From assembly GCF_000196355.1 (NCBI RefSeq), contig NC_007614.1, forward strand, positions 1,740,001 through 1,772,000: a stretch of 32,000 nt of DNA, read 5' to 3'. This document shows, piece after piece, positions 1-9,792 of the stretch. The notes below the pieces were generated by a model. That model did no database searches. It was not told the origin of the DNA and was given only the letters and a program-made list of their open reading frames with translations. This stretch comes from Nitrosospira multiformis ATCC 25196 (GTDB taxonomy: Bacteria > Pseudomonadota > Gammaproteobacteria > Burkholderiales > Nitrosomonadaceae). A program made the position numbers and the translations under genes. The first letter of the stretch is position 1; every line of letters starts with the position of its first letter.

Positions 1-297
1 CACGACGTCTATCTTGACCTCCCGGTAGCCCCCTGGGAGGCGGCGTTAGGCGCAACGATAACTGTTCCCACTCCGGAAGGAATGGTTGACCTGAAAATAC
101 CTGCTGATTCCACTACCGGACGGAAGCTGCGACTCAAAGGACGCGGTATTCCCGGCAAAATACCGGGTGACTTCTATGTTGTATTGCGCATTGTGCCACC
201 GCCTGCCACCGATGAAAGTGATAAGGCCTTTTATCGCAGCATGGCGGAGCAATTCAAATCGTTCAACCCGCGGGCCAAACTGGGAGTGCAGGCATGA
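1..297 (+). CDS. cbpA: C-terminal part of curved-DNA-binding protein CbpA / DnaJ-family co-chaperone (5' end outside window)
   Basis: Frame 1 is open from base 1 (HDVYLDLPVAPWEAALGATITVPTPEGMVDLKIPADSTTGRKLRLKGRGIPG...), typical DnaJ C-terminal domain; followed by a cbpM-like gene overlapping by ATGA. Confidence 0.88.
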   Translation, partial: HDVYLDLPVAPWEAALGATITVPTPEGMVDLKIPADSTTGRKLRLKGRGIPGKIPGDFYVVLRIVPPPATDESDKAFYRSMAEQFKSFNPRAKLGVQA

Positions 298-650
298 GTG
301 ACGAAAACGAATATCAAAAGGAAGCATCTTCGTTACAGCCAGGGCAGACAGTAACCATTATTGATGAACAGAACGCGTTGACACTGACAGAGATCAGCCA
401 CGCGTGTTCAGTACAAACGGGATATATCATCGAACTGGTGGATGAAGGGTTAATTACCCCGGAAATTGCGACAGAAGAACATGAACCCCATCGCTGGCGC
501 TTCTCAGGCGCGCAAATGCGGCGTGCCAGAACGGCCCTTCGACTGCAAAGCGATCTTGGTATCAACCTTGCGGGAGTTGCGCTTGCCCTGCAGTTACTGG
601 ATGAAATTGAGACCTTGCAAATGCGATTGAATGTACTGAATAACTGGTAG
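294..650 (+). CDS. cbpM: Chaperone modulator CbpM (MerR-like HTH)
   Basis: 118 aa ORF overlapping the cbpA stop; LTEISHACSVQTGYIIELVDEGLITPE...WRFSGAQMRRARTALRLQSDLGINLAGVALALQLLDEI is typical of CbpM. Confidence 0.85.
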   Translation: MSDENEYQKEASSLQPGQTVTIIDEQNALTLTEISHACSVQTGYIIELVDEGLITPEIATEEHEPHRWRFSGAQMRRARTALRLQSDLGINLAGVALALQLLDEIETLQMRLNVLNNW

Positions 651-956
651 CTGTTACCTGCTTGCATCATTCTACCCCTCGAATCACGCGATGGGAGCTT
701 CCACTCCGATCTCCCGAAGCCCTGTTTTTACGCCCTCACCCCTAGCCCGCTCTCCTCATCCCGGTTCGTCCCCAGCGCTTCGCTCCCCCTGCACACAGCG
801 AGAGCGCTTCATCCCTCCATTATCGAGGCCTTGCCCTTTATGTACGAAAACGAACGGAACACGAAGCGGTAGCTCAGGCATTATCGCCCCTAGTAATAAG
901 CTCGGCCTTCCAGAACCGCCTCATCGCCCTCCTCATCTGCGGTTCAGGCGTGCCCA

Positions 957-1427
957 ATGAACGAGCTTAACAAGATGCTCCAGCAGACCGCGAGGCCGGA
1001 TGTCGAGTTATTTTTAAGGGCAAAGCAGCTTCTCAGGCATAGGGATAACTTTAAAATGGAAAAAGAACCGCTGATCAAATTACCCTGGCGCGGGAGGGAA
1101 ACGATTGAATCAATACCCCCGCTACTGGAAGGGGCGCAGCGAATAGAAATAACCCTCCCCTCCAACTATAACCACGCCCTGTTTGAAACGCTCCATCCCG
1201 GAGAACCCCCGGCTCAACTTGAAGAGATTGACGCAGCAGGTGGACCGGAATTGCTTGGCCGTATTGCAGCCGTCAGCGGTCTGGAAGAATTCAGTCGACT
1301 CACAGAACCTCTAACCGCTGCTCGTGCGAGAGTGCAAGTTTTAAGCCCTGCAAAAGTCTTTATCATACTTCCCGGTGCAAACCTTAAAAGCAATGAACGG
1401 ATCATCCATCCTGAAGCCGGGGAATAA
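957..1427 (+). CDS. Hypothetical protein
   Basis: 156 aa ORF between cbpM and the PLD gene; overlaps the next ORF start by about 30-50 bp; no recognisable domain and no strong RBS. Confidence 0.35.
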   Translation: MNELNKMLQQTARPDVELFLRAKQLLRHRDNFKMEKEPLIKLPWRGRETIESIPPLLEGAQRIEITLPSNYNHALFETLHPGEPPAQLEEIDAAGGPELLGRIAAVSGLEEFSRLTEPLTAARARVQVLSPAKVFIILPGANLKSNERIIHPEAGE

Positions 1428-3546
1428 TTGCTGGCGCATCGAGCACGCGCACAAGGCTGCCTTTATCGTTGATGGAGCAGATTTTTTTCGTGCTTTCCGG
1501 GAAACGGTAAAACGCGCCCGCCGTTCCGTATTGATCATGGCCTGGGATATCGACAGCAGGCTGAAACTGGTACGGAATGAAGAACCCGATGGCTGGCCGA
1601 CCACCCTCGGGGATTTCCTCAACAGCCTCGTCAAACGTAACAGAAATCTCCATGTTCATGTCCTCGACTGGGATTTCGTCATGCTGTTTGCAGCTGACCG
1701 AGAATGGCTTCCTCTCTATAAACAACGATGGAATGGCCACCGACGCTTGCATTTTCATCTTGATGATCATCATCCCACCGGAGCCTCCCATCACCAGAAA
1801 GTCGTGGTAGTTGACGACCAGGTGGCATTTGTGGGAGGGCTGGACCTGACGCTGGGTCGCTGGGACACGACCGAGCACGCGGCGTGTGACGAGCGGCGCA
1901 GGGATTTGCTGACAGAACCCATACCGCAGCCTTACCACGATATCCAGATGATGGTTTCCGGCCCGATCGCCAGCGCACTGGGAGAATTGGCGCGTGAACG
2001 GTGGTTCCTTGCAACGGGACAGAAACTTTCTGCTCCCAGGGTCAGGAGAGAAACAGACTACTGGCCGGATTATCTTGCACCCGACGTTGAGAACATCGAG
2101 GTTGCGATCGCCCGCACTGTTCCCGAATATGAAAACCAGAAAGAAGTGCGCGAGGTGGAACGGCTGGTGCTGGACTTGATCGCTTCCGCACGCCACAGCA
2201 TCTACATAGAAGCGCAATATTTTACTTCCCACATCATAACGGATGCATTGGTTCGGCGGCTGGAAGAAGAAAGCGGTCCGGAGATCGTCGTGCTGCTGGC
2301 GGAACAAACAGTCGGTTGGTTATCGCAATACACCATGGATGTGCTGCGCGAGCGCTCGCTCAAGCGGTTGGTCACCGCAGATCGGTATCACCGCCTGGCC
2401 CTTTATGAGCCGTGCATCCCCGGCCTTGTCAACGAATGCGTGAACGTCCACTCCAAAATTATCATCATTGATAATGAGCGGTTGCGTATCGGATCAGCCA
2501 ATCTCAATAATCGCTCCATGGGACTGGATACCGAATGCGATCTTATGCTTGAAGCGAATGGCAGAGAGAATGTAAGCCGGGCAATAGCTGGTTTTAGGGC
2601 ACGCCTGCTTGCCGAACATTTAGGCATGCATGCCAGTATCATCGAAGAACGCATGGCGCGGGAAGGATCTTTGATCCGTACGATCGAAGCGTTGCGAGGT
2701 CATGGTCGTACCGTACGGCCGTGGCAGTTTCGAGTCGCCGCCGATGTGGATGCCCTGGTGCCGGACGAAGATATCGTGGACCCTGGCAAGCCGCTTGATG
2801 CGGGCTTGCTGATGGGGAAGCTTATTCCCGAGGGAGAACGCGCACCTGTACGAAGTCACATCGGTCTCATTGTATCGATACTGATCAGTGTATTGGCGCT
2901 CGCTGCCGCCTGGCGCTGGTCGCCTCTCAAGGAATGGATAGATGTCAGCACCCTGGTAACGCTTGCCGCCGAATTCGAGCGCGCTCCAGCTGCTCCATTC
3001 ATTACGCTCGCCATATTCCTTCTCGGCGGTTTGATTGCATTTCCACTCACTGTGCTTATCATGGTATGCGCTCTGGTATTTGGTCCCTGGTACGGTTTTC
3101 TCTATTCGATGGGGGGCGCGCTATTGAGTGCTGCCTCCAGCTACGGTATCGGCCACTTGGTAGGACGCCATACAGTTTGGCGCTTTGCCGGAAAAAAAAT
3201 CCGGGACCTGAACAAACGCCTGGCCCGACGCGGTCTGATGACAATCATCGCTCTCAGGATCATACCGCTCGCTCCCTTCACGGTCGTCAATCTCGTTGCA
3301 GGGGCGTCGCGGATTCGTTTCCGGGATTTCATGCTGGGAAGCTCAGTAGGCTTGCTGCCCGGGATAACCAGCATATCCGTCTTTACGGATCAGCTGGCTG
3401 CCACCATCCAGAAACCTGACCTGCCGGCGTTTGCAGCATTGGTTGCAGTTGCTGCGATCATAATCGTCATCGCATGGACATGCTGGAGATGGGCGAGCCG
3501 ACGGCGCGAGACGATGAACCTTTCACCAGTTACTCAATCTGACTGA
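1375..3546 (+). CDS. Phospholipase D-like / cardiolipin synthase-type protein fused to a C-terminal VTT (TVP38/TMEM64, DedA-like) membrane domain
   Basis: Two HKD-type motifs (HHQKVVVVDDQVAFVGGLDLTLGRWD; HSKIIIIDNERLRIGSANLNNRSMGLDTE) and a multi-TM C-terminus with FGPWYGFLYSMGGALLSAASSYGIGHLVGR. ATG at 1393 is an alternative start. Confidence 0.88.
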   Translation: MQTLKAMNGSSILKPGNNCWRIEHAHKAAFIVDGADFFRAFRETVKRARRSVLIMAWDIDSRLKLVRNEEPDGWPTTLGDFLNSLVKRNRNLHVHVLDWDFVMLFAADREWLPLYKQRWNGHRRLHFHLDDHHPTGASHHQKVVVVDDQVAFVGGLDLTLGRWDTTEHAACDERRRDLLTEPIPQPYHDIQMMVSGPIASALGELARERWFLATGQKLSAPRVRRETDYWPDYLAPDVENIEVAIARTVPEYENQKEVREVERLVLDLIASARHSIYIEAQYFTSHIITDALVRRLEEESGPEIVVLLAEQTVGWLSQYTMDVLRERSLKRLVTADRYHRLALYEPCIPGLVNECVNVHSKIIIIDNERLRIGSANLNNRSMGLDTECDLMLEANGRENVSRAIAGFRARLLAEHLGMHASIIEERMAREGSLIRTIEALRGHGRTVRPWQFRVAADVDALVPDEDIVDPGKPLDAGLLMGKLIPEGERAPVRSHIGLIVSILISVLALAAAWRWSPLKEWIDVSTLVTLAAEFERAPAAPFITLAIFLLGGLIAFPLTVLIMVCALVFGPWYGFLYSMGGALLSAASSYGIGHLVGRHTVWRFAGKKIRDLNKRLARRGLMTIIALRIIPLAPFTVVNLVAGASRIRFRDFMLGSSVGLLPGITSISVFTDQLAATIQKPDLPAFAALVAVAAIIIVIAWTCWRWASRRRETMNLSPVTQSD

Positions 3547-3628
3547 AGCTCGCCGACTTTCTGCTTTCGGCCCGGCGGTTTTCAGTTTAAATGTCTGTCT
3601 TACAGAAAACCGGGATTCATGAAATTCT

Positions 3629-4315
3629 ATGCAAATGACACTGGCTACCTACAATATACACGGCTGTATCGGCGCCGACGGACGCTTTAAACCTGACCGT
3701 ATCATAGACGTTCTGCAGGAGATGAATGCGGATATAATTGCTCTGCAGGAAGTAGAGCATCACCAGGTTGAAGGGTATGACCTGCTGGATTATTTCGCCG
3801 TAAAGACCGGGTTCACCGCCATTGCCGGACCCACCCTGGTACGCCGCACACACCACTATGGAAACGCCCTGTTGACGAAGCTTCCGGTCCTGGCAGTAAA
3901 TCGGATAGATCTTACCCTGCCTGGCCGGGAGCCGCGCGGAGCGCTCGATGTCACTCTTGCCTGGAATGACCGGCGGGTGCACGTGGTTGCCACCCATCTC
4001 GGTCTGCGACCTTCGGAACGACGGCAACAGGTACGCCACTTGCTTAAGCTGTTTGAAATCCGTCTTACGGAGATATATGTATTAATGGGCGATCTCAATG
4101 AGTGGTTTCTGTGGGGACGCCCTCTTCGCTGGTTGCACGCTCACTTCAAGCGTCCTCCTCACTGCGCCACATTTCCCGCGCGGAAACCTTTCATGGCGCT
4201 GGACCGTCTATGGGTGCATCCGCGCCGTCGCCTGAAAAGCCTCGAAGCTCATAGCAGCAGCCTCGCAAGGATTGCATCGGATCACCTGCCCCTGAAAGCC
4301 ATAATAGAAATCTGA
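3629..4315 (+). CDS. Endonuclease/exonuclease/phosphatase (EEP) family protein, YbhP-like
   Basis: LATYNIHGCIGADGRF...IIALQEVEHH...HYGNALLTKLPV...VHVVATHLGL...LMGDLNEW...IASDHLPL motifs of the EEP superfamily. Confidence 0.87.
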   Translation: MQMTLATYNIHGCIGADGRFKPDRIIDVLQEMNADIIALQEVEHHQVEGYDLLDYFAVKTGFTAIAGPTLVRRTHHYGNALLTKLPVLAVNRIDLTLPGREPRGALDVTLAWNDRRVHVVATHLGLRPSERRQQVRHLLKLFEIRLTEIYVLMGDLNEWFLWGRPLRWLHAHFKRPPHCATFPARKPFMALDRLWVHPRRRLKSLEAHSSSLARIASDHLPLKAIIEI

Positions 4316-4741
4316 GCGGTTGATCCCTGATATCTGCGCAATCGGGATTTATGCCAGTTCATCCCCGTCCAGGAATTATCTTTCTACTCGGTTGCTTTGA
4401 CCCTTTATAGACAAGCAGCGTCCGGGGGAATGCACAACGTACACTTGCCGCTTTCACCCTGCTCGCAGCATTTATTCGGGAAACAGGTACCTCCGGCCGG
4501 AGGCCCTCCCCCGCCCCCACCGCTACCATTACCATTCCCGGCTATATCGATAAGACCCAGACAATCACGCAATAAGCGAACATCGAGCCCATGCAGGCCG
4601 CATAGCATGCAATCATAGCGGGAACTGACGGAAAAAATGCAGGGCACCCGATGCAGCCAAGAATCCAGCGGGGTGTCGAGGGATGCAGGCAGCCTCTGCA
4701 GTTTCTTGATTTACAGCTGTTAACCCTAGGCTCAGGACTCA

Positions 4742-5173
4742 TTAATTGAGATAGAAGATGACAGTTGCGGCGATACAGATGGCAGAGAAGAAGGTATGGG
4801 CACAGCGGTCGTAACGCATGGCGATCCTGCGCCAGTCCTTGAGCCGAGCGAACATGTTCTCGATCCTGTGCCTTTGCCTGTAGAGGGTCTTGTCGTATTT
4901 GATCTGGATTTTGCGATTCCTTTTTGTCGGTATGCAGGGCGTCATGCCTTTGGCACGCAACGCTGCCCGGAACCAGGCAGCGTCATAGCCGCGGTCTGCA
5001 ATCAGGGTTTTGGCTTTGGGCAATGACGGCAGCAGCACACGTGCTCCCTTGTAATCGCTCATCTGCCCTTCGGACAGGAGCATGGCCACAGGCTTGCCCT
5101 GACCGTCGCAGACCACATGAAGCTTCGAGTTCAGGCCGCCCTTTGTGCGACCGATACGGCGGGGAACATCCCC
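4742..5173 (-). CDS. IS5-family transposase, ORF B (expected to be translated as an ORFA-ORFB -1 frameshift product)
   Basis: Open from the frameshift point: GDVPRRIGRTKGGLNSKLHVVCDGQGKPVAMLLSEGQMSDYKGARVLLPSLPKAKTLIADRGYDAAWFR...RHRIENMFARLKDWRRIAMRYDRCAHTFFSAICIAA. The ORF track lists only 4742..5116. Confidence 0.88.
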   Translation of the reverse strand, partial: GDVPRRIGRTKGGLNSKLHVVCDGQGKPVAMLLSEGQMSDYKGARVLLPSLPKAKTLIADRGYDAAWFRAALRAKGMTPCIPTKRNRKIQIKYDKTLYRQRHRIENMFARLKDWRRIAMRYDRCAHTFFSAICIAATVIFYLN

Positions 5174-5499
5174 TTTTTTAGCAGGCTGGCTGCCGTGCGG
5201 TGGGCCTTCAGATGCGTGGCGTCGATCATCAGCCTCTCGGGCGTTTCCTCTTTACCGGTCAGTTCCACAAAGATGCGGTTGAACACGCCCAGTCGGCTCC
5301 AGCGCACGAAACGGTTATACAGTGTCTTGTGCGGCCCGTATTCCCTGGGGGCATCCTTCCATTGCAGGCCATTCCGAATGACGTAGATGATCCCGCTGAT
5401 CACCCGCAGATCATCAACACGGGGAACTCCGTGGGACAAGGGAAAATAAGGTTTTATACGGTTGAACTGTGTTTCCGACAGGTAAAACAAATCTCTCAT
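5131..5499 (-). CDS. IS5-family transposase, ORF A
   Basis: MRDLFYLSETQFNRIKPYFPLSHGVPRVDDLRVISGIIYVIRNGLQWKDAPREYGPHKTLYNRFVRW, the DUF4096/IS5 N-terminal region. Confidence 0.9.
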   Translation of the reverse strand: MRDLFYLSETQFNRIKPYFPLSHGVPRVDDLRVISGIIYVIRNGLQWKDAPREYGPHKTLYNRFVRWSRLGVFNRIFVELTGKEETPERLMIDATHLKAHRTAASLLKKGMFPAVSVAQRAA

Positions 5500-5858
5500 G
5501 GCAGCACCTCCGCCATAAGTGAATCACATTTGATCCTATTCGTGAATCATGAAATTAATAGGTCCTGAACCTAGTTCCGAAGGATGGGACGTAATCTTAC
5601 CGGTCCATCGTTACTCACGCTTACAGGATTTACTCAGCTGCGTGCGCCTCGTCCCTTAAATCCGCCCCCTTCGCGAGCGTGAAACAAGTGTTCCCCGTGA
5701 TGTCCGCGAAATTGCGATACGTGTCCAACCGCACAGAATTTCCGCCCGAAAAACCTATTATCGCGGGTATCAGCAAATAATTTTTCATAAAACCGAGAGG
5801 TTTCCTGTCTGGAAAATCCGGCACCGTGCGAATGAAATCAAGTCTGCAGGAGGTAAAA

Positions 5859-6404
5859 ATGCTACGAAGAATAGTGGCACTCGCCGCAGTTGCTGCAGGA
5901 GGGATGATGTTATCGAAAACATTCAGGAAATCGAGGGACTCCGGATACACATCGAGTGTGGAGAACTTTATCGAAGTCAATGTACCGGTTAGTACTGCAT
6001 ATAACCAATGGACCCAATTTGAAGAATTTCCCAGGTTCATGAAAGGTGTGCGCGAAGTACAACAGATCGATGATACCCACCTGCATTGGCGGGCAGAGAT
6101 TGCCGGCAAGGAAGAAGAATGGGATGCCGAGATTACGGAACAGGTTCCTGATCAGCGGATCGCATGGCACAGCACGAATGGTGCCAAAAATTCTGGTGTT
6201 GTGAGCTTCTACGGAATCTCCGACTCAAAAACCCGAGTGGTGCTGAAGATGGATTATGGACCGCGGACCTTCCTTGAAGGACTGGGGGACGCTTTGGGGG
6301 CAGTAAAGGCACGTACAAGCGAAGATCTCCGGTGCTTCAAGGAATTTCTCGAAAGCCGGGGAAAGGAAACCGGGGCGTGGCGCGGTTCGGTCGGACAGCA
6401 TTAG
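5859..6404 (+). CDS. SRPBCC-family (polyketide cyclase/dehydrase-like) protein with N-terminal hydrophobic segment
   Basis: VENFIEVNVPVSTAYNQWTQFEEFPRFMKGVREVQQIDDTHLHWRAEIAGKEEEWDAEITEQVPDQRIAWHSTNG; ATG at 5859 preceded by AGGAGGT at about 5847-5853; the ORF track start 5826 is an upstream alternative. Confidence 0.82.
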   Translation: MLRRIVALAAVAAGGMMLSKTFRKSRDSGYTSSVENFIEVNVPVSTAYNQWTQFEEFPRFMKGVREVQQIDDTHLHWRAEIAGKEEEWDAEITEQVPDQRIAWHSTNGAKNSGVVSFYGISDSKTRVVLKMDYGPRTFLEGLGDALGAVKARTSEDLRCFKEFLESRGKETGAWRGSVGQH

Positions 6405-6816
6405 CACTTCTCAGACTCAAAGATCATACTAACTTCTCCCCTTGGTACGATCAAAGCACTCGGTCGCCTTTTGGCAGCCCGCTTTCTTCAAAGAAAATTC
6501 AAAAAGCTTCTCGATATAGAGAGACTCCTCTTTGGGACACTCGATCCACCGATCTTTTGCCGGCTTCTACGTAATCCCTGCTTCCACTACCCCTGCTGTT
6601 GTTTTTCCAGCCTATCTTCAGTACAGGAAATTCCTGAACAGTCCTGGCAGTCCTGAGCGAGCGAATTGCAGTTAAAATCGGTTGTCCCAAGGCATATGTC
6701 CGATCATCACCTCCTTTTCGGCAGCATTCCCGTATCCAGTTGCGCCAGTAAGTATCTGTTCAGGGCCCCTCATGTTATAGAAGAAATAAGGAAAACAAGA
6801 AGCAGGAAGATGAACA

Positions 6817-9714
6817 TTGCATACATCCGAACAAAATAAAAAAGACTCATATCAGCAATCCATTCAAGAACTGGTCTCCGCCTACGAAGCGGATACCCGG
6901 CTGGGCTTGAGCGAGACGGAAGCCTTGGCACGACTGGAGAGATACGGCAGAAATGAGCTGCCAGCCGGAAAAGTTATTCCCCGCTGGCAAAAATTTCTCG
7001 CTCAGTTCCAGAATGTACTGGTTATCCTTCTGCTGATTGCAACGGCAATTTCGGCAGGTCTGTGGCTTTATGAACGTGAATCCGCTTTACCTTACGAGGC
7101 AATCGCTATCTTTGCGGTGGTGCTGCTCAATGCGCTCATGGGTTACATTCAGGAATCCAGAGCGGAAGAAGCAGTCGCTGCCTTACGTCGGATGTCGGCA
7201 GCGCGTGCCAAGGTCGTCCGCGACGGTGTACAGCGTTCGGTTATTGCGGCAGAACTGGTGCCCGGCGATATCATTCTCGTTGAAGAAGGCGATACCATCC
7301 CTGCGGACGCACGGCTCATTCAAACCACCGCACTACAAACGTCTGAAGCGGCACTTACCGGCGAGAGTTTGCCTGTGTCCAAGGATACCGGGCTCATCAC
7401 GGAACCGTCGGAGCTTGGGGACCGCCATAATATGATCTTTAGTGGGACTACCGTTACTTTCGGCCGTGCGTATGCGCTGGTGGTGGCAATCGGTGCGCAA
7501 ACCCAGATGGGGCGTATCGCAGGAATGTTGGCAATGGTGCCGCCAGAGACAACGTTGTTGCAGAAAGAACTTGCGCATATCGGCAAGCTCCTGGGAATAA
7601 TCGTGATGGCAATCGCCATCATAATGATTACCACGATTATTCTCATAGGGAAGGTAAGCAGTCTGGCTGTACTTATGGATGTCCTCATACTGGGAGTAGC
7701 CCTCGCTGTTGCCGCCATACCCGAAGGCTTGCCTGCCGTGGTAACAGCCGTACTTGCCCTGGGCGTCCAACGCATGGCATGCAGAAATGCAATAGTACGT
7801 CATCTCCCTGCAGTCGAAACGCTGGGTTCCGCAACCATTATCGCTTCCGACAAAACAGGCACCCTGACAAAAAATGAGATGACAGTGCGGGTAGTCATTA
7901 CGGCAAGTGGACGCATCGAAATGACAGGTACCGGCTATTCACCCAAAGGCGAGGTGCGCAGCTGCAGCCCTGGGAATAATGACTATCCGGATAATTTCCC
8001 TCAAGCTGATCCAGGTGTCATGGAAGAAGATAAAGCGAGTGGGAGGATTGAAGGCGCGTTGCGACATGAGCTTGAATGGGCTCTGGCCATTGCCGACAGA
8101 GCCAGTAACGCTGTATTGCAGCATAATGCGGATGGATGGAGGGTAGAGGGTGATCCGACCGAAGGAGCGCTTATCGTCGCGGCGCGCAAGGCAGGACTGG
8201 AGGCTGATGCACTGGATGCACGATTCGAGCGTGTGGGCGAACTTCCCTTCACCTCGGAGCGTAAATTGATGACGACACTACATGCCAATAAAAAAAAACG
8301 CGAATGCCTGCTCGTCTTTACCAAGGGCGCGCCTGATGCATTGCTCACCCGCTGCTCCCTTGAACTGGTAGGGGAAGAAACCAGAGCGCTAACTCCGGAG
8401 CGACGCAGTGAGATCCTGAAGCTGAATGAGGAATTGGCAGCTGAGGCATTACGTTCTCTCGGTGTCGCGTTCCGATCCCTCCCTGCTGATGCGTTCGAAG
8501 CCGATAGAGCGGACGAAAGCATCGAGTACAACCTTGTATTCGTAGGGTTGATCGGCATGCTCGATCCTCCACGCGAGGAAGCCAAAAATGCCGTTAGTCG
8601 GGCAAAGGCCGCCGGTATCAGACCGATAATGATCACGGGCGATCATCCTGTAACTGCAACCGTTATTGCCGCTCAGTTGGGAATAGCTGAAGACAGGCGG
8701 GTTGTTACAGGTGCAAAACTCGAGCAACTCTCGGATGAGGAGCTTGATCGCACTGTAAAGGAAGTTTCCGTGTATGCGCGCGTAAACCCGGAGCATAAGC
8801 TTCGTATTGTCAAAGCGCTCCAGAGAGGGGGTGAAGTCACTGCAATGACGGGGGACGGCGTAAACGATGCGCCTGCCCTGAAAACTTCGGATATTGGAGT
8901 GGCCATGGGAATCACAGGGACGGATGTCTCCAGGGAAGCGGCTGACATGGTTCTCACGGACGACAATTTTGCGTCGATCGTGGCGGCGGTGGAAGAAGGC
9001 CGCACCATTTTTTCCAATATTCGAAAATTTTTACGCTATCTGCTCTCGTCCAATATAGGAGAAGTACTGGTGATGTTTTTCGGCGTACTGCTTGCAAATA
9101 TCATCGGATTGCAGACGGAGGATGGGCTTATTGTGCTGCCCCTGCTGGCAACGCAACTTCTGTGGATTAATTTCGTAACCGATGGAGCGCCTGCCCTCGC
9201 GCTGGGCGTCGATCCACCAGGTGCTCATGTGATGCGCAGACCTCCCCGGGCAAAGGGAGAACGTGTAATAACACCTGAAATGTGGTTCGGCATCGCCTTT
9301 GTAGGTGTAATCACGGCAATAGGAACGCTGCTGGTGATCGATGCCTGCCTTCCGCAAGGCCTTATAGAAGGCGCGGGCAGCATACCCTATGCGCAGACAA
9401 TGGCTTTCAATACCCTGGTATTGTTTTCCCTCTTTAATGTCCTGAATGCGCGTTCTGATAAACAGAGTGCATTCGTCGGTTTATTCTCCAATAAATGGCT
9501 ATGGAGCGCGATCCCGCTTTCGCTTCTGCTGCAGGTCGCTGTAATTTACGTGCCATTTCTACAGCACGCATTCTCTACCGTCAGCCTGAGTCTGCGCGAC
9601 TGGCTGCTTTGCGCAGGGGTAGCAAGTTCCGTGCTGTGGTTGCGTGAATTGAGCAAATTGATATACCGTGCAGCGAGCCAAGCCTCTCGTTCCCCAGTAG
9701 CTCAGCAGCCCTAG
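6817..9714 (+). CDS. Cation-transporting P-type ATPase (calcium-transporting/PMR1-type P2 ATPase)
   Basis: 965 aa; TGES motif (ALTGESLPVS), DKTGTLTKNEMT phosphorylation motif, MTGDGVNDAPALKTSDIGVAMGITGTDVSREAADMVLTDDNF hinge, P2-type TM segments. Confidence 0.95.
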   Translation: MHTSEQNKKDSYQQSIQELVSAYEADTRLGLSETEALARLERYGRNELPAGKVIPRWQKFLAQFQNVLVILLLIATAISAGLWLYERESALPYEAIAIFAVVLLNALMGYIQESRAEEAVAALRRMSAARAKVVRDGVQRSVIAAELVPGDIILVEEGDTIPADARLIQTTALQTSEAALTGESLPVSKDTGLITEPSELGDRHNMIFSGTTVTFGRAYALVVAIGAQTQMGRIAGMLAMVPPETTLLQKELAHIGKLLGIIVMAIAIIMITTIILIGKVSSLAVLMDVLILGVALAVAAIPEGLPAVVTAVLALGVQRMACRNAIVRHLPAVETLGSATIIASDKTGTLTKNEMTVRVVITASGRIEMTGTGYSPKGEVRSCSPGNNDYPDNFPQADPGVMEEDKASGRIEGALRHELEWALAIADRASNAVLQHNADGWRVEGDPTEGALIVAARKAGLEADALDARFERVGELPFTSERKLMTTLHANKKKRECLLVFTKGAPDALLTRCSLELVGEETRALTPERRSEILKLNEELAAEALRSLGVAFRSLPADAFEADRADESIEYNLVFVGLIGMLDPPREEAKNAVSRAKAAGIRPIMITGDHPVTATVIAAQLGIAEDRRVVTGAKLEQLSDEELDRTVKEVSVYARVNPEHKLRIVKALQRGGEVTAMTGDGVNDAPALKTSDIGVAMGITGTDVSREAADMVLTDDNFASIVAAVEEGRTIFSNIRKFLRYLLSSNIGEVLVMFFGVLLANIIGLQTEDGLIVLPLLATQLLWINFVTDGAPALALGVDPPGAHVMRRPPRAKGERVITPEMWFGIAFVGVITAIGTLLVIDACLPQGLIEGAGSIPYAQTMAFNTLVLFSLFNVLNARSDKQSAFVGLFSNKWLWSAIPLSLLLQVAVIYVPFLQHAFSTVSLSLRDWLLCAGVASSVLWLRELSKLIYRAASQASRSPVAQQP

Positions 9715-9792
9715 AGTACAGCGGCCGCACCAACTGCGGTTACTTCATGTTTTATTTTACGTCGCGGAAAGACAGCATTCTGCTGTTCGTTC

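Larger units (their letters stand above)
4730..5572 (-). mobile_element. IS5-family insertion sequence (IS427-like group), about 843 bp
   Basis: Terminal inverted repeats: left 5'-GCTCAGGACTCATTAATTGAG, right end read inward 5'-GTTCAGGACCTATTAATTTCA; flanked by CTAG (4726-4729 and 5573-5576), a possible 4-bp duplication (TA-only duplication is an alternative reading of the boundary); two-ORF DDE transposase inside. Confidence 0.87.

Noticed and set aside
691-960. 89-aa plus-strand ORF downstream of cbpM
   Set aside because: Pro/Ser/Arg-rich translation of a C-rich intergenic stretch (CCCTCACCCCTAGCCC...); no domain or RBS, more likely noncoding repeat-type DNA.
5630-6109. 159-aa minus-strand ORF
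   Set aside because: Lies antisense to the well-supported SRPBCC gene, with non-domain-like composition.
6499-6690. 63-aa and neighbouring short ORFs between the SRPBCC gene and the P-type ATPase
   Set aside because: Short, overlapping on both strands, and without domain features; treated as intergenic.
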